Shown piece after piece: positions 1-8,185 of a DNA stretch of 60,048 nucleotides (positions are counted from its first letter, which is position 1; the number at the start of each line of letters is the position of its first letter). The position numbers were made by a program, and so were the translations under genes. The notes under the pieces were generated by a model. It worked only from the letters and a program-made list of their open reading frames with translations, did not search any database and had not been told where the DNA came from. The DNA is from Lachnospiraceae bacterium (GTDB taxonomy: Bacteria > Bacillota > Clostridia > Lachnospirales > Lachnospiraceae): assembly GCA_022781515.1 (NCBI GenBank), contig JALETI010000022.1, positions 1 through 60,048 on the forward strand. The letters run 5' to 3'.

Positions 1-590
1 ATGGAATTCATGTCCAGATGGTTGGTCGGTTCATCCAGCATGATAATATCCGGTTTTGTCAGAAGAAGCCGTCCAAGGGAAACACGGGTTTTCTGACCGC
101 CTGATAAGGAATTTACTTTCCGTGAAAAATCTTCTTCGGTAAAGCCAAGTCCTTTTAAAATACCGGTCACCTCACTTTTATATGCATAGCCGTCTGCCTG
201 TTCAAAGGCATGGGTTGCTTTGCTGTAGGCATCATAGACCCTTTCCAGTTCATCCTCCTGCAGATGTTTCATCTTCTGTTCCAGAGAACGGATTTTGTCT
301 TCCAGTTCTAGAATATCCTTTCTGACGTGGAGCAGGGTATCAAATATGCTGGCATCAGAGGAAAAACTCTGATGCTGTGCCAGATACCCAAGCGTACAGC
401 CTTTGGCAAGAATGATTTCACCGCTGTCAGAAGGTTCTTCACCGGCAATTATTTTCAGAAGGGTCGATTTACCGGCACCGTTGATCCCGACGATGGCAGC
501 TTTTTCATGTTCATTGATATGAAAAACAGCATCCTTCAGAATCGGTTCGGTGCCGAATGATTTATTAATATGGCTGCATGACAGAATCAT
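1..590 (-). CDS. ABC-F family ATP-binding protein (Uup/YdiF-like); 3' part runs off the window
   Basis: Manual translation from ATG at 590: MILSCSHINKSFGTEPIL...; Walker A GINGAGKSTLL, signature LSGGQKTRV, Walker B IIMLDEPTNHLD. GAGAGG RBS upstream. Not in the ORF track. Confidence 0.9.
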   Translation of the reverse strand, partial: MILSCSHINKSFGTEPILKDAVFHINEHEKAAIVGINGAGKSTLLKIIAGEEPSDSGEIILAKGCTLGYLAQHQSFSSDASIFDTLLHVRKDILELEDKIRSLEQKMKHLQEDELERVYDAYSKATHAFEQADGYAYKSEVTGILKGLGFTEEDFSRKVNSLSGGQKTRVSLGRLLLTKPDIIMLDEPTNHLDMNS

Positions 591-903
591 ACATGTTCCT
601 CTCTTTCATTTGTGTTCCGTTTGCTTCATATATTGGGGCAAATCAGGTTAATTTTAACACTTTATGGAGTAAATCAGGTTGACTCCAACACCTTAGTATA
701 ATATAAATAAAAACAGGAAGCAAGTTGAAAATACGTACAGAATTCTGTAAAATTGATCATGTAATAGCCATATTTTAAGAAAAAAATATCATATATAGCA
801 GATCAGGTTATCAGGCAATATCTAACCTGTTGAAAATGCATAAAAAAATGCGAATAGAAATCATTTTAATAAATAATTATTACAATAAAAATCAAAATGG
901 AAT

Positions 904-932
904 TTGACATTTTTTTCATATCGTAATATAAT
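904..932 (+). promoter_or_regulatory. sigmaA promoter of the rex operon
   Basis: TTGACA (904-909), 17 bp spacer, TATAAT (927-932): perfect consensus. Confidence 0.85.
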
Positions 933-945
933 TCTAATACGAATG

Positions 946-1072
946 CCCATATGTTGGTTCGTGCGTAACCAGTGTCTGTTCCCCATCACAGATTTCATAT
1001 GGGAGTGTATATTACTATAATTGGTGATGTCTGCGTAAGCATACGTTTCCGTTTAGAAAGTGTTTTAAGGAG
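946..1072 (+). ncRNA. candidate structured cis-regulatory RNA in the rex 5' leader (family unassigned)
   Basis: P1 CCCATATG/CATATGGG (946-953/996-1003) encloses two hairpins. A GTAA-tetraloop hairpin follows at 1027-1046, and a weak hairpin at 1047-1072 covers the SD. Confidence 0.45.
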
Positions 1073-1079
1073 TGATTGT

Positions 1080-1721
1080 TTGGAAAAAAAAGAAATATCC
1101 CGTGCGGTGATCAAGCGTCTTCCAAGATACTATAGATATCTCGGTGATCTGAAGGCACAGGGAGTTGAACGTATCTCTTCCGGTGATCTCAGTTCTCTGA
1201 TGAAGGTTACTGCTTCTCAGATTCGGCAGGATCTGAATAATTTCGGAGGATTCGGACAGCAGGGATATGGATATAATGTCAATTATCTTTTCAATGAAAT
1301 AGGAAAGATACTCGGATTGGACTGTAAAAACAATATGATCGTAGTCGGAGTCGGAAATATGGGTTCTGCATTGATCAAATACAGCAGTTTCCGATCTTAC
1401 GGCTGTGATATTATCGGTGCTTTTGATACCAATATCAATCTCATCGGGAAAACCATCAATGGGATTGTTGTACAGGATTACAGTGAGGTTGGACATTTTA
1501 TCAAAGAACACAATGTTGATATTGCGGTTCTGACTGTACCGAAAGAAGCTGCCGGTCATATTGCGGAAGAACTGGTGAAATATGGCATCAAGGGGTTCTG
1601 GAATTTTGCTTATACGGATCTCAGACTCGGCCCCGGAATTGTTGTGGAAAATGTGCATTTGTCAGACAGCTTATTAAGGCTTTCATATTCAATGAAGAGT
1701 AAAGGAGTCGTAAATGATTAA
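1080..1721 (+). CDS. rex: redox-sensing transcriptional repressor Rex
   Basis: ISRAVIKRLPRYYRYL, SQIRQDLNNFGGFGQQGYGY, Rossmann VGVGNMG. TTG start at 1080 follows AAGGAG; the ORF-track start at 972 is over-extended. Confidence 0.97.
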   Translation: MEKKEISRAVIKRLPRYYRYLGDLKAQGVERISSGDLSSLMKVTASQIRQDLNNFGGFGQQGYGYNVNYLFNEIGKILGLDCKNNMIVVGVGNMGSALIKYSSFRSYGCDIIGAFDTNINLIGKTINGIVVQDYSEVGHFIKEHNVDIAVLTVPKEAAGHIAEELVKYGIKGFWNFAYTDLRLGPGIVVENVHLSDSLLRLSYSMKSKGVVND

Positions 1722-2073
1722 AGGTATCGGGCTGGATATGACGCAGATATCCAGAGTTGAAAAAGCCTGTACTAATGAACATTTTGTTAACAGAATTTAT
1801 TCAGATGAAGAAATACGCTGTTTCCGTAAATTCCCTGTCAGACTGGCAGGGAATTTTGCAGTTAAAGAGGCTGTTGCAAAAGCATTTGGTACAGGTTTTC
1901 GGGGAATTCAGCCATCAGAAATTGAAGTACTGAGGGATGAACTGGGCTGTCCTTATGTAAATCTGTATGGAAAGGCAGCTGAAATGAGGCAGAAAATGCA
2001 GATACAGTCGATCTGGGTTACCATAACCAATGAAGGGGATTATGTCAGTGCGTCGGTTATTCTGGAGGGATAA
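1714..2073 (+). CDS. acpS: holo-ACP synthase
   Basis: IKGIGLDM, AGNFAVKEAVAKAFGTG, G-x-P motif; 119 aa. Confidence 0.95.
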   Translation: MIKGIGLDMTQISRVEKACTNEHFVNRIYSDEEIRCFRKFPVRLAGNFAVKEAVAKAFGTGFRGIQPSEIEVLRDELGCPYVNLYGKAAEMRQKMQIQSIWVTITNEGDYVSASVILEG

Positions 2074-2129
2074 TCGGACAAAATCAGTTTCAAATATATG
2101 AAATGTTTGTATGAGAGGGATATGATAAG

Positions 2130-3686
2130 ATGGAATATTATGTGAATCAAAGGCAGATGAAGGCAATTGATACCGGTTCCATTGAAAAAAACGGAATTCC
2201 GTCCATGGTATTGATGGAACGGGCTGCTTTATCTGTTGCAGAGTATATCATGGAACATTTTTCCCCGTCTGCCGGTCGGATCTGTTCGGTCTGTGGTATG
2301 GGAAACAATGGAGCAGATGGAATTGCAGCGGCACGAATTCTGTTTCTTAAAGGATATCAGACAGAGATTTTTCTATTTGGTGATCCGGAAAAGGCGACAA
2401 CCGAATGGAAGGAGCAGTATACCATTATTCAGAATCTGAAAATACCCTTTGTATTTTTTCAGGATAGTAACAGAGAATATTTTGCCGAATATATTAAAAC
2501 AAAAGCACCGGCAGCTTTTATAGACGGTCTTTTTGGAATAGGACTTACGCGAGAGATAACCGGAACCTGCGGACTGCTGATTCATGAGCTGAATCAATCC
2601 GGAATCCCTGTGATTGCAGTGGATATTCCGTCCGGCGTCAGAGCCGAAGATGGAAGGATAGCAGGTGCAGCTGTAAAAGCGGAGGTAACGGTGACTTTTG
2701 GCAGAAAAAAGGTCGGACAGATTCTGTACCCCGGAGCAGAGTATTGCGGTAAGCTGATTGTGAAGGAAATCGGATTTGCACCGGATGCAATTGCAGATGC
2801 CGGATATGATGCCTTTGGTCTGGAAAACAGAAGGGAGGTGTGTGGTTATCTGAAAAAAAGACCGGCGGATTCCCATAAAGGCACATTTGGAAGTGTCCTG
2901 GTTGTTGCCGGATGTGAAACCATGGTAGGAGCAGCTGTTTTCAGTGCGAAAGCAGCATACAGAATGGGTTGTGGTCTGGTTAAAGTGCGGTCTCTGGCAT
3001 GCAACAAAGTATGTCTTCATCAGATGATACCCGAAGCAATTCTCAGCCTTTATGATCCGGAGAAACCACTGGATCATCTGAAGGAAGACTGCAATTTTGC
3101 AGATGTAATTGTTTTTGGTCCCGGTATCGGTCAGGAACAGTATGTGGATGAGATGCTTTTTTATATATTGACAGAGACAACGAAACCGCTTGTACTTGAT
3201 GCGGATGGTCTGCGCGTGCTTGCCCGACACAGGGACTGGTACGATCTTTTAACGGAACGGGTTATCCTGACACCGCATCCCGGAGAAATGTCCGCATTAA
3301 CCGGAAAAAATGTGAAGGAAATAAAAGAACAGCCTTTTCTTTGTGCAAAGGATTTTTCCAATGTCAGCGGTTCCGTATGTGTATTAAAAGGTGCAAGAAC
3401 AATAGTTGCAAAGAAAAATCAGCCATGTTATATTAATACATCAGGTTGTTCTGCCATGGCGACCGCGGGTTCCGGGGATGTACTGACCGGGATGATTGCC
3501 GGATTTCTGGCAGAGAAACATCCGACAGATGAAGCTGCAATGCTTGGGGTTTATATTCACGGACTGGCAGGCGAATATGCAGCAGAAAAACTGGGGGAAC
3601 GGGCGGTCATGGCCACCGATCTGGTGGAAGCGATCGGCCCGGTATTCAGAGAACTGGAATCTGTTTTTTTATCAGAAATGGAATAA
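2130..3686 (+). CDS. nnr: bifunctional NAD(P)H-hydrate epimerase/dehydratase
   Basis: YjeF_N (LMERAA, GMGNNGADG, DIPSG) fused to YjeF_C (SHKGTFG, GPGIG, LDADGL, TPHPGEM, TAGSGDVLTG). Confidence 0.95.
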   Translation: MEYYVNQRQMKAIDTGSIEKNGIPSMVLMERAALSVAEYIMEHFSPSAGRICSVCGMGNNGADGIAAARILFLKGYQTEIFLFGDPEKATTEWKEQYTIIQNLKIPFVFFQDSNREYFAEYIKTKAPAAFIDGLFGIGLTREITGTCGLLIHELNQSGIPVIAVDIPSGVRAEDGRIAGAAVKAEVTVTFGRKKVGQILYPGAEYCGKLIVKEIGFAPDAIADAGYDAFGLENRREVCGYLKKRPADSHKGTFGSVLVVAGCETMVGAAVFSAKAAYRMGCGLVKVRSLACNKVCLHQMIPEAILSLYDPEKPLDHLKEDCNFADVIVFGPGIGQEQYVDEMLFYILTETTKPLVLDADGLRVLARHRDWYDLLTERVILTPHPGEMSALTGKNVKEIKEQPFLCAKDFSNVSGSVCVLKGARTIVAKKNQPCYINTSGCSAMATAGSGDVLTGMIAGFLAEKHPTDEAAMLGVYIHGLAGEYAAEKLGERAVMATDLVEAIGPVFRELESVFLSEME

Positions 3687-3741
3687 ATGCAGCGGAATTC
3701 GGAAATACTGTCGTTATCAAATATAAAAAAGGAGTCAGACA

Positions 3742-4089
3742 ATGATTATCCGAAGAGGCGATGTGTATTACGCAGATCTGCGGCCGGTAGTTGGATCCGA
3801 ACAGGGAGGAGTCAGACCGGTTCTGATTATTCAGAACGATGTTGGAAACAGACACAGCCCAACCGTGATCTGTGCGGCCATAACCAGTCGTATGAACAAA
3901 GCAAAACTGCCCACCCATGTTGAAGTGAGCACGCAGGACTGTGACATGGTTAAAGATTCTGTGATTTTAATGGAACAGCTGAGAACAATTGATAAAAAAC
4001 GACTGAAAGATAAAATCTGTCATATTGACGGACCGCTGCTGGATGAAGTAGAGAAGGCACTTCATGTGAGCCTGGGGCTTTCTACATAG
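3742..4089 (+). CDS. mazF: PemK/MazF (NdoA/EndoA-like) endoribonuclease toxin
   Basis: [38 protein letters not shown]...AKLPTHVE...[11 protein letters not shown]; AAGGAG RBS. Confidence 0.95.
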   Translation: MIIRRGDVYYADLRPVVGSEQGGVRPVLIIQNDVGNRHSPTVICAAITSRMNKAKLPTHVEVSTQDCDMVKDSVILMEQLRTIDKKRLKDKICHIDGPLLDEVEKALHVSLGLST

Positions 4090-4113
4090 GGAAGTGTATG
4101 GAAGGAGTATGAA

Positions 4114-5394
4114 ATGGAATATGGCTGCTGGCCATGGATATTCATTATTTTGCTGATGATATCGGCACTGATTTATGGATTTGAAAAAGCAATACTGGGG
4201 GAAAATGAAACGGTACTGGAAGATAAGGCGGAAGAAGGAGAGCCCCATGCGGTGCTGCTGTTTAAACTGTATAAGCAGAAGGCTTCATTGACGGCAATCC
4301 GAATTCTTCTGATGTTTGGAATCGGAGCCGGAACCGGTATTCACAGCATGATGATATTTCAGAAATATCATTCGGTTTATGCACTGGCAGAACTTCCTGC
4401 CATCTGGCTGTTTCTGGAAATACTGCTCCTGGTAATCCGAAAAGCCACTGTGCGAACCGGTGAGTTCTGGATGGGCCGGTTTGCCAATGTGATTCGTGTT
4501 ATAATGCTTTTTCTGAAACCCCTTACTTTTCTGGTGGATCTGATTTCGGATCTGCTTTTGAGGATATCCGGATATGAGACCAATCTGATAGAAGATGTCA
4601 CAGAGGAAGAAATCATATCCATGGTCAATGAGGGGAATGAACAGGGGGTTCTGGAAGATTCGGAAGCAGAAATGATACAGAATATCATCAGCTTCGGGGA
4701 TAAAGAAGCAGGGGATATCATGACCCGGAGAATCAATATTCTGGCATTTGAAGGGCATGAACCTCTGCTGAAGGTTTTCGATGAAATGATTGATGCCGGG
4801 AAATCCCGATTTCCCGTATATGATGAGGAGCTGGATAATGTAATCGGTGTTCTATATCTCCATGACGCGGCAAAGGCCAGCCGCAAAGAAGAAAATCATC
4901 ATAAAAGTCTGATGGAAATCCCCGGTTTGCTTCGTGAGCCGGTCTTTATTCCGGAAACAGTTAATATTGATGATCTGTTTCGAAAAATGCAGCACCAGAA
5001 AATTCATATGATGCTGGTAGTGGATGAATACGGACAGCTGGACGGGCTGGTGACCATGGAGGATCTGCTGGAAGAAATTGTAGGCAACATTTTTGATGAA
5101 TATGATGAAGTGGAGGAACCCTGTGCGGAACAAACAGGAGATAACCAGTATCTGATCGATGGAATGGCCCCGGTGGAAGAAGTGGAAAAACTTCTGAATA
5201 TCACCATGGAACGTGACGAAGATATAGAAACCATCAACGGATACCTGCTTTATCGGCTGGGATATTTCCCGGAAGGGAATGGAAACGATGTTGTTTCGGT
5301 GGGCGATTTTGATTTTATCGTAACAGAAGTAGAGAATAAAATGATTCAGAAGGTCTGTGCAGTACATAAAAACGATGAAGCCGTGACTGTATAA
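4114..5394 (+). CDS. hemolysin/HlyC-CorC family protein (TM domain + CBS pair + CorC_HlyC)
   Basis: N-terminal hydrophobic helices, TEEEIISMV, SRFPVY, VVDEYG...TMEDLLEEIVG, ETINGY. Confidence 0.9.
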   Translation: MEYGCWPWIFIILLMISALIYGFEKAILGENETVLEDKAEEGEPHAVLLFKLYKQKASLTAIRILLMFGIGAGTGIHSMMIFQKYHSVYALAELPAIWLFLEILLLVIRKATVRTGEFWMGRFANVIRVIMLFLKPLTFLVDLISDLLLRISGYETNLIEDVTEEEIISMVNEGNEQGVLEDSEAEMIQNIISFGDKEAGDIMTRRINILAFEGHEPLLKVFDEMIDAGKSRFPVYDEELDNVIGVLYLHDAAKASRKEENHHKSLMEIPGLLREPVFIPETVNIDDLFRKMQHQKIHMMLVVDEYGQLDGLVTMEDLLEEIVGNIFDEYDEVEEPCAEQTGDNQYLIDGMAPVEEVEKLLNITMERDEDIETINGYLLYRLGYFPEGNGNDVVSVGDFDFIVTEVENKMIQKVCAVHKNDEAVTV

Positions 5395-5564
5395 TATTTT
5401 TCTGCATAAAGATTCTTATGGAAAAAATATTTCTAAAGAATTACATGTACATATTTCAGAATGGTTCTTTACGAAAAATGGGATTCATGCTAATATAAAT
5501 AATTGGTATGACATAGCTGGTGTATTAACCTGTATATAAAGATCAAAAAGGAGTGTAAGAAGGT

Positions 5565-6293
5565 ATGTCAGGACATTCAAAATTTGCGAATATTAAGCAT
5601 AAAAAAGAGAAAAACGATGCAGCAAAGGGTAAAATCTTTACCATTATCGGCCGTGAAATTGCAGTAGCTGTAAAAGAAGGCGGTCCCGACCCTGCAAACA
5701 ATTATAAGCTTGCCACAATCATTGCAAAGGCTAAGGCCAACAATATGCCCAATGATACCATTGACCGCGGTATCAAAAAAGCAGCAGGTGATATAGGAAA
5801 TGTAAACTACGAGGCAATTACATATGAAGGATATGGTCCCAATGGTGTTGCTATTATCGTAGATACTCTGACAGATAACAAAAACCGTACAGCTTCCAAT
5901 GTACGTAATGCATTTACAAAGGGCAACGGCAACATGGGTACATCCGGATGTGTATCATTTATGTTCGACCAGAAAGGTCAGATTATCATTGACCGGGAAG
6001 AGTGCGAAATGGAAGCAGATGATCTGATGATGATTGCACTGGATGCAGGTGCAGAGGATTTCAATGAAGAAGAAGACAGCTTTGAAATTCTGACAGCACC
6101 GGATGATTTCCCTGAAGTTCTGAAAGCTCTGGAAGCAGAAAAGATCCCCATGGCCAGTGCGGAAGTTACCATGATTCCTCAGACTTATGTAGACCTGACC
6201 GATGAAAACGATATCAAGTATCTGCAGAAGACACTTGATCTTCTGGAAGATGATGACGACGTGCAGCAGGTTTACCACAACTGGAATGAATAG
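5565..6293 (+). CDS. yebC: YebC/PmpR family protein
   Basis: [42 protein letters not shown]. Confidence 0.95.
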   Translation: MSGHSKFANIKHKKEKNDAAKGKIFTIIGREIAVAVKEGGPDPANNYKLATIIAKAKANNMPNDTIDRGIKKAAGDIGNVNYEAITYEGYGPNGVAIIVDTLTDNKNRTASNVRNAFTKGNGNMGTSGCVSFMFDQKGQIIIDREECEMEADDLMMIALDAGAEDFNEEEDSFEILTAPDDFPEVLKALEAEKIPMASAEVTMIPQTYVDLTDENDIKYLQKTLDLLEDDDDVQQVYHNWNE

Positions 6294-6333
6294 GTGGGTC
6301 AGCAGGAGCTGTCTTTTCTGATTGCGTTTATAC

Positions 6334-6380
6334 AAAAGCCTTTCTGTAATGTGTTTTTACATTATGAAGAGGCTTTTTTT
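6334..6380 (+). terminator. intrinsic terminator after yebC
   Basis: Imperfect stem AAAAGCCTTTC...GAAGAGGCTTTT followed by a T-run. Confidence 0.7.
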
Positions 6381-6406
6381 GTATTTTATCGGGCGGAACA
6401 GGAAAT

Positions 6407-6432
6407 AAAAAAGACGCGGCGGATGCCGCGTC
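6407..6432 (-). terminator. intrinsic terminator after pyrI
   Basis: GACGCGGC-ggat-GCCGCGTC with an A6 run on the plus strand (U-tail on minus). Confidence 0.8.
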
Positions 6433-6470
6433 CCCTGTCACGAAAAACAGAGTATCAGATTTTCATTGCA

Positions 6471-6908
6471 TTATTTCTTGTGATGACGTCTGTATTTTTC
6501 TTCACAGTACATACAGCGGTATACTTTTGCTTCTTTATCAGCAAGAAGAAATACCTGAGGAAGCTCCTGCTCAATGGTAGTGATACAGCGGGGATTTTTA
6601 CATTTCACAACATTGGTAAGCTTTTTGGGAAGCATCAGTCTCTTCTTTTCCTGAATTTCACCGTTTACAACGATGTTTACCGTGATGTCCGGGTCTACAA
6701 AACCAAGAACATCGAGATTGATCAGATCGATGCCGCCTTCAATTTTGATAATGTCCTTTTTTCCCATCTTCTGGCTGCGGGCATTTTTGATGATTGCAAC
6801 CTGGCAATCAAACTTTTCAAGGGAAAGATACTTGTAAATATCCATGCTCTTGCCGGCAGGAATATGATCCAGTACGATACCATTCGCTAATCCTGAAATA
6901 TTTAACAT
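6471..6908 (-). CDS. pyrI: aspartate carbamoyltransferase regulatory subunit
   Basis: [20 protein letters not shown], zinc motifs CKNPRCIT and CMYC; overlaps the pyrB stop. Confidence 0.95.
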   Translation of the reverse strand: MLNISGLANGIVLDHIPAGKSMDIYKYLSLEKFDCQVAIIKNARSQKMGKKDIIKIEGGIDLINLDVLGFVDPDITVNIVVNGEIQEKKRLMLPKKLTNVVKCKNPRCITTIEQELPQVFLLADKEAKVYRCMYCEEKYRRHHKK

Positions 6909-7822
6909 ACTTCTACCTCCAGTAATTTCATAATGAGAGCCATACGGATGTAAACACCGTACTGAACCTGACGGAAATAACCTGCACGGGGGTCATTGTC
7001 GACTTCTACGGAAATCTCATTGACACGGGGCAGCGGATGCATAACCAGCATATCTTCTTTTGCAAGATCCATCTTCTGCTTATCCAGTACATAAATATCT
7101 TTCAGACGGAGATATTCATCTTCGCTGAAGAAACGTTCTTTCTGCACACGTGTCATGTACAGAATATCCAGCTTGGGCATTGCATCTTCCAGAATTTCCA
7201 CTTCTTCATATTCGATTCCGTTGGCGTCCAGAACATTTTCACGGATGTAGCTGGGGATACGAAGTTCGGAAGGAGATACCAGTACAAAACGGATATTCGG
7301 ATAACGTACCAGTGCGTTGATCAGAGAATGTACGGTACGGCCGAATTTCAGGTCACCGCAGAGACCGACGGTCAGATTGTCCAGTCGTCCTTTCAGGGAA
7401 CGAATGGTTAACAGATCGGTAAGGGTCTGTGTGGGATGCTGATGACCGCCGTCACCTGCGTTGATGACAGGAATGGAAGAATTCATGGCTGCCACCAGGG
7501 CTGCACCTTCTTTGGGATGGCGAATTGCTGCTATATCTGCATAACAGGAAATCATGCGGATGGTATCGGCTACACTTTCTCCTTTTGCTGCAGAGCTGGC
7601 ATTGGAAGAAGCAAATCCGATGACCTGACCGCCAAGATTCAGCATGGCAGTTTCAAGGCTTAAACGTGTTCTTGTACTGGGTTCATAGAATAAGGTTGCA
7701 AGTTTTTTACGATTACATACATTGGCATATTTGTCGGGATTTTTTTCAATATCGTTGGCGACCTTCATTAACTCGTCAAGTTCTTCTACTGAAAAATCCA
7801 GAGGGCTTATTATATGTCTCAT
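6902..7822 (-). CDS. pyrB: aspartate carbamoyltransferase catalytic subunit
   Basis: [47 protein letters not shown]. Confidence 0.97.
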   Translation of the reverse strand: MRHIISPLDFSVEELDELMKVANDIEKNPDKYANVCNRKKLATLFYEPSTRTRLSLETAMLNLGGQVIGFASSNASSAAKGESVADTIRMISCYADIAAIRHPKEGAALVAAMNSSIPVINAGDGGHQHPTQTLTDLLTIRSLKGRLDNLTVGLCGDLKFGRTVHSLINALVRYPNIRFVLVSPSELRIPSYIRENVLDANGIEYEEVEILEDAMPKLDILYMTRVQKERFFSEDEYLRLKDIYVLDKQKMDLAKEDMLVMHPLPRVNEISVEVDNDPRAGYFRQVQYGVYIRMALIMKLLEVEVC

Positions 7823-8090
7823 TCAGTTCTCCTTATAAGTGCATCTGTTTTCTGTTTTTGCAGGAAAAAGGTAAAGCCGTATATGGGAATTGTGAAAGGG
7901 CTTCACTTTGCAGATACAGAAACAGATTTGTATTAGATGGTGTCATCTGGACATTATTATAACGAAGAAATGATTTAATGCAAAGAGAATTTTTCAAATA
8001 TTATAAAATCATAATATTTTTGCATTTTGTTAACAAATGTGTTTAAATTAGTTCTGTTCAATTGTGATTTCTTGTGGTAATATAGTGCAG

Positions 8091-8110
8091 TACATTACTT
8101 TACTAAAGTG
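8091..8110 (+). promoter_or_regulatory. putative HisR (YerC/TrpR-like) operator upstream of hisD
   Basis: TACATTA-CTTTAC-TAAAGTG: one mismatch to the recalled YACTTTA-N6-TAAAGTR palindrome. Lies just downstream of an extended -10 TGgTAATAT (8075-8083). A sister site occurs before hisZ. Confidence 0.6.
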
Positions 8111-8185
8111 ATTTTCTTTTTGAAATCAATAATCAGTTTATTGACTGATCAAAAAAATCAAGACGATTGAAAGAGGTGGATACAT

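Noticed and set aside
954-972. GGTTCG...AACC resemblance to a preQ1-I riboswitch
   Set aside because: No A-rich 3' tail and no queuosine-related gene downstream.
972-1079. 36-aa N-terminal extension of Rex in the ORF track
   Set aside because: No RBS at 972. AAGGAG precedes the TTG at 1080 where Rex similarity begins, and the stretch looks like leader RNA.
3687-3923. 78-aa ORF as the MazE antitoxin
   Set aside because: No RHH/AbrB-like pattern, no SD, and mostly an out-of-frame overlap with mazF. Kept only as a possible regulatory ORF.
6294-6890. 198-aa plus-strand ORF
   Set aside because: Antisense to pyrI and runs through two terminators.
7890-7908. TTGTGAA-AGGGC-TTCACTT as a Rex box
   Set aside because: Spacer is 5 rather than 4 and the right arm has two mismatches; better explained as part of the pyrB leader hairpin.
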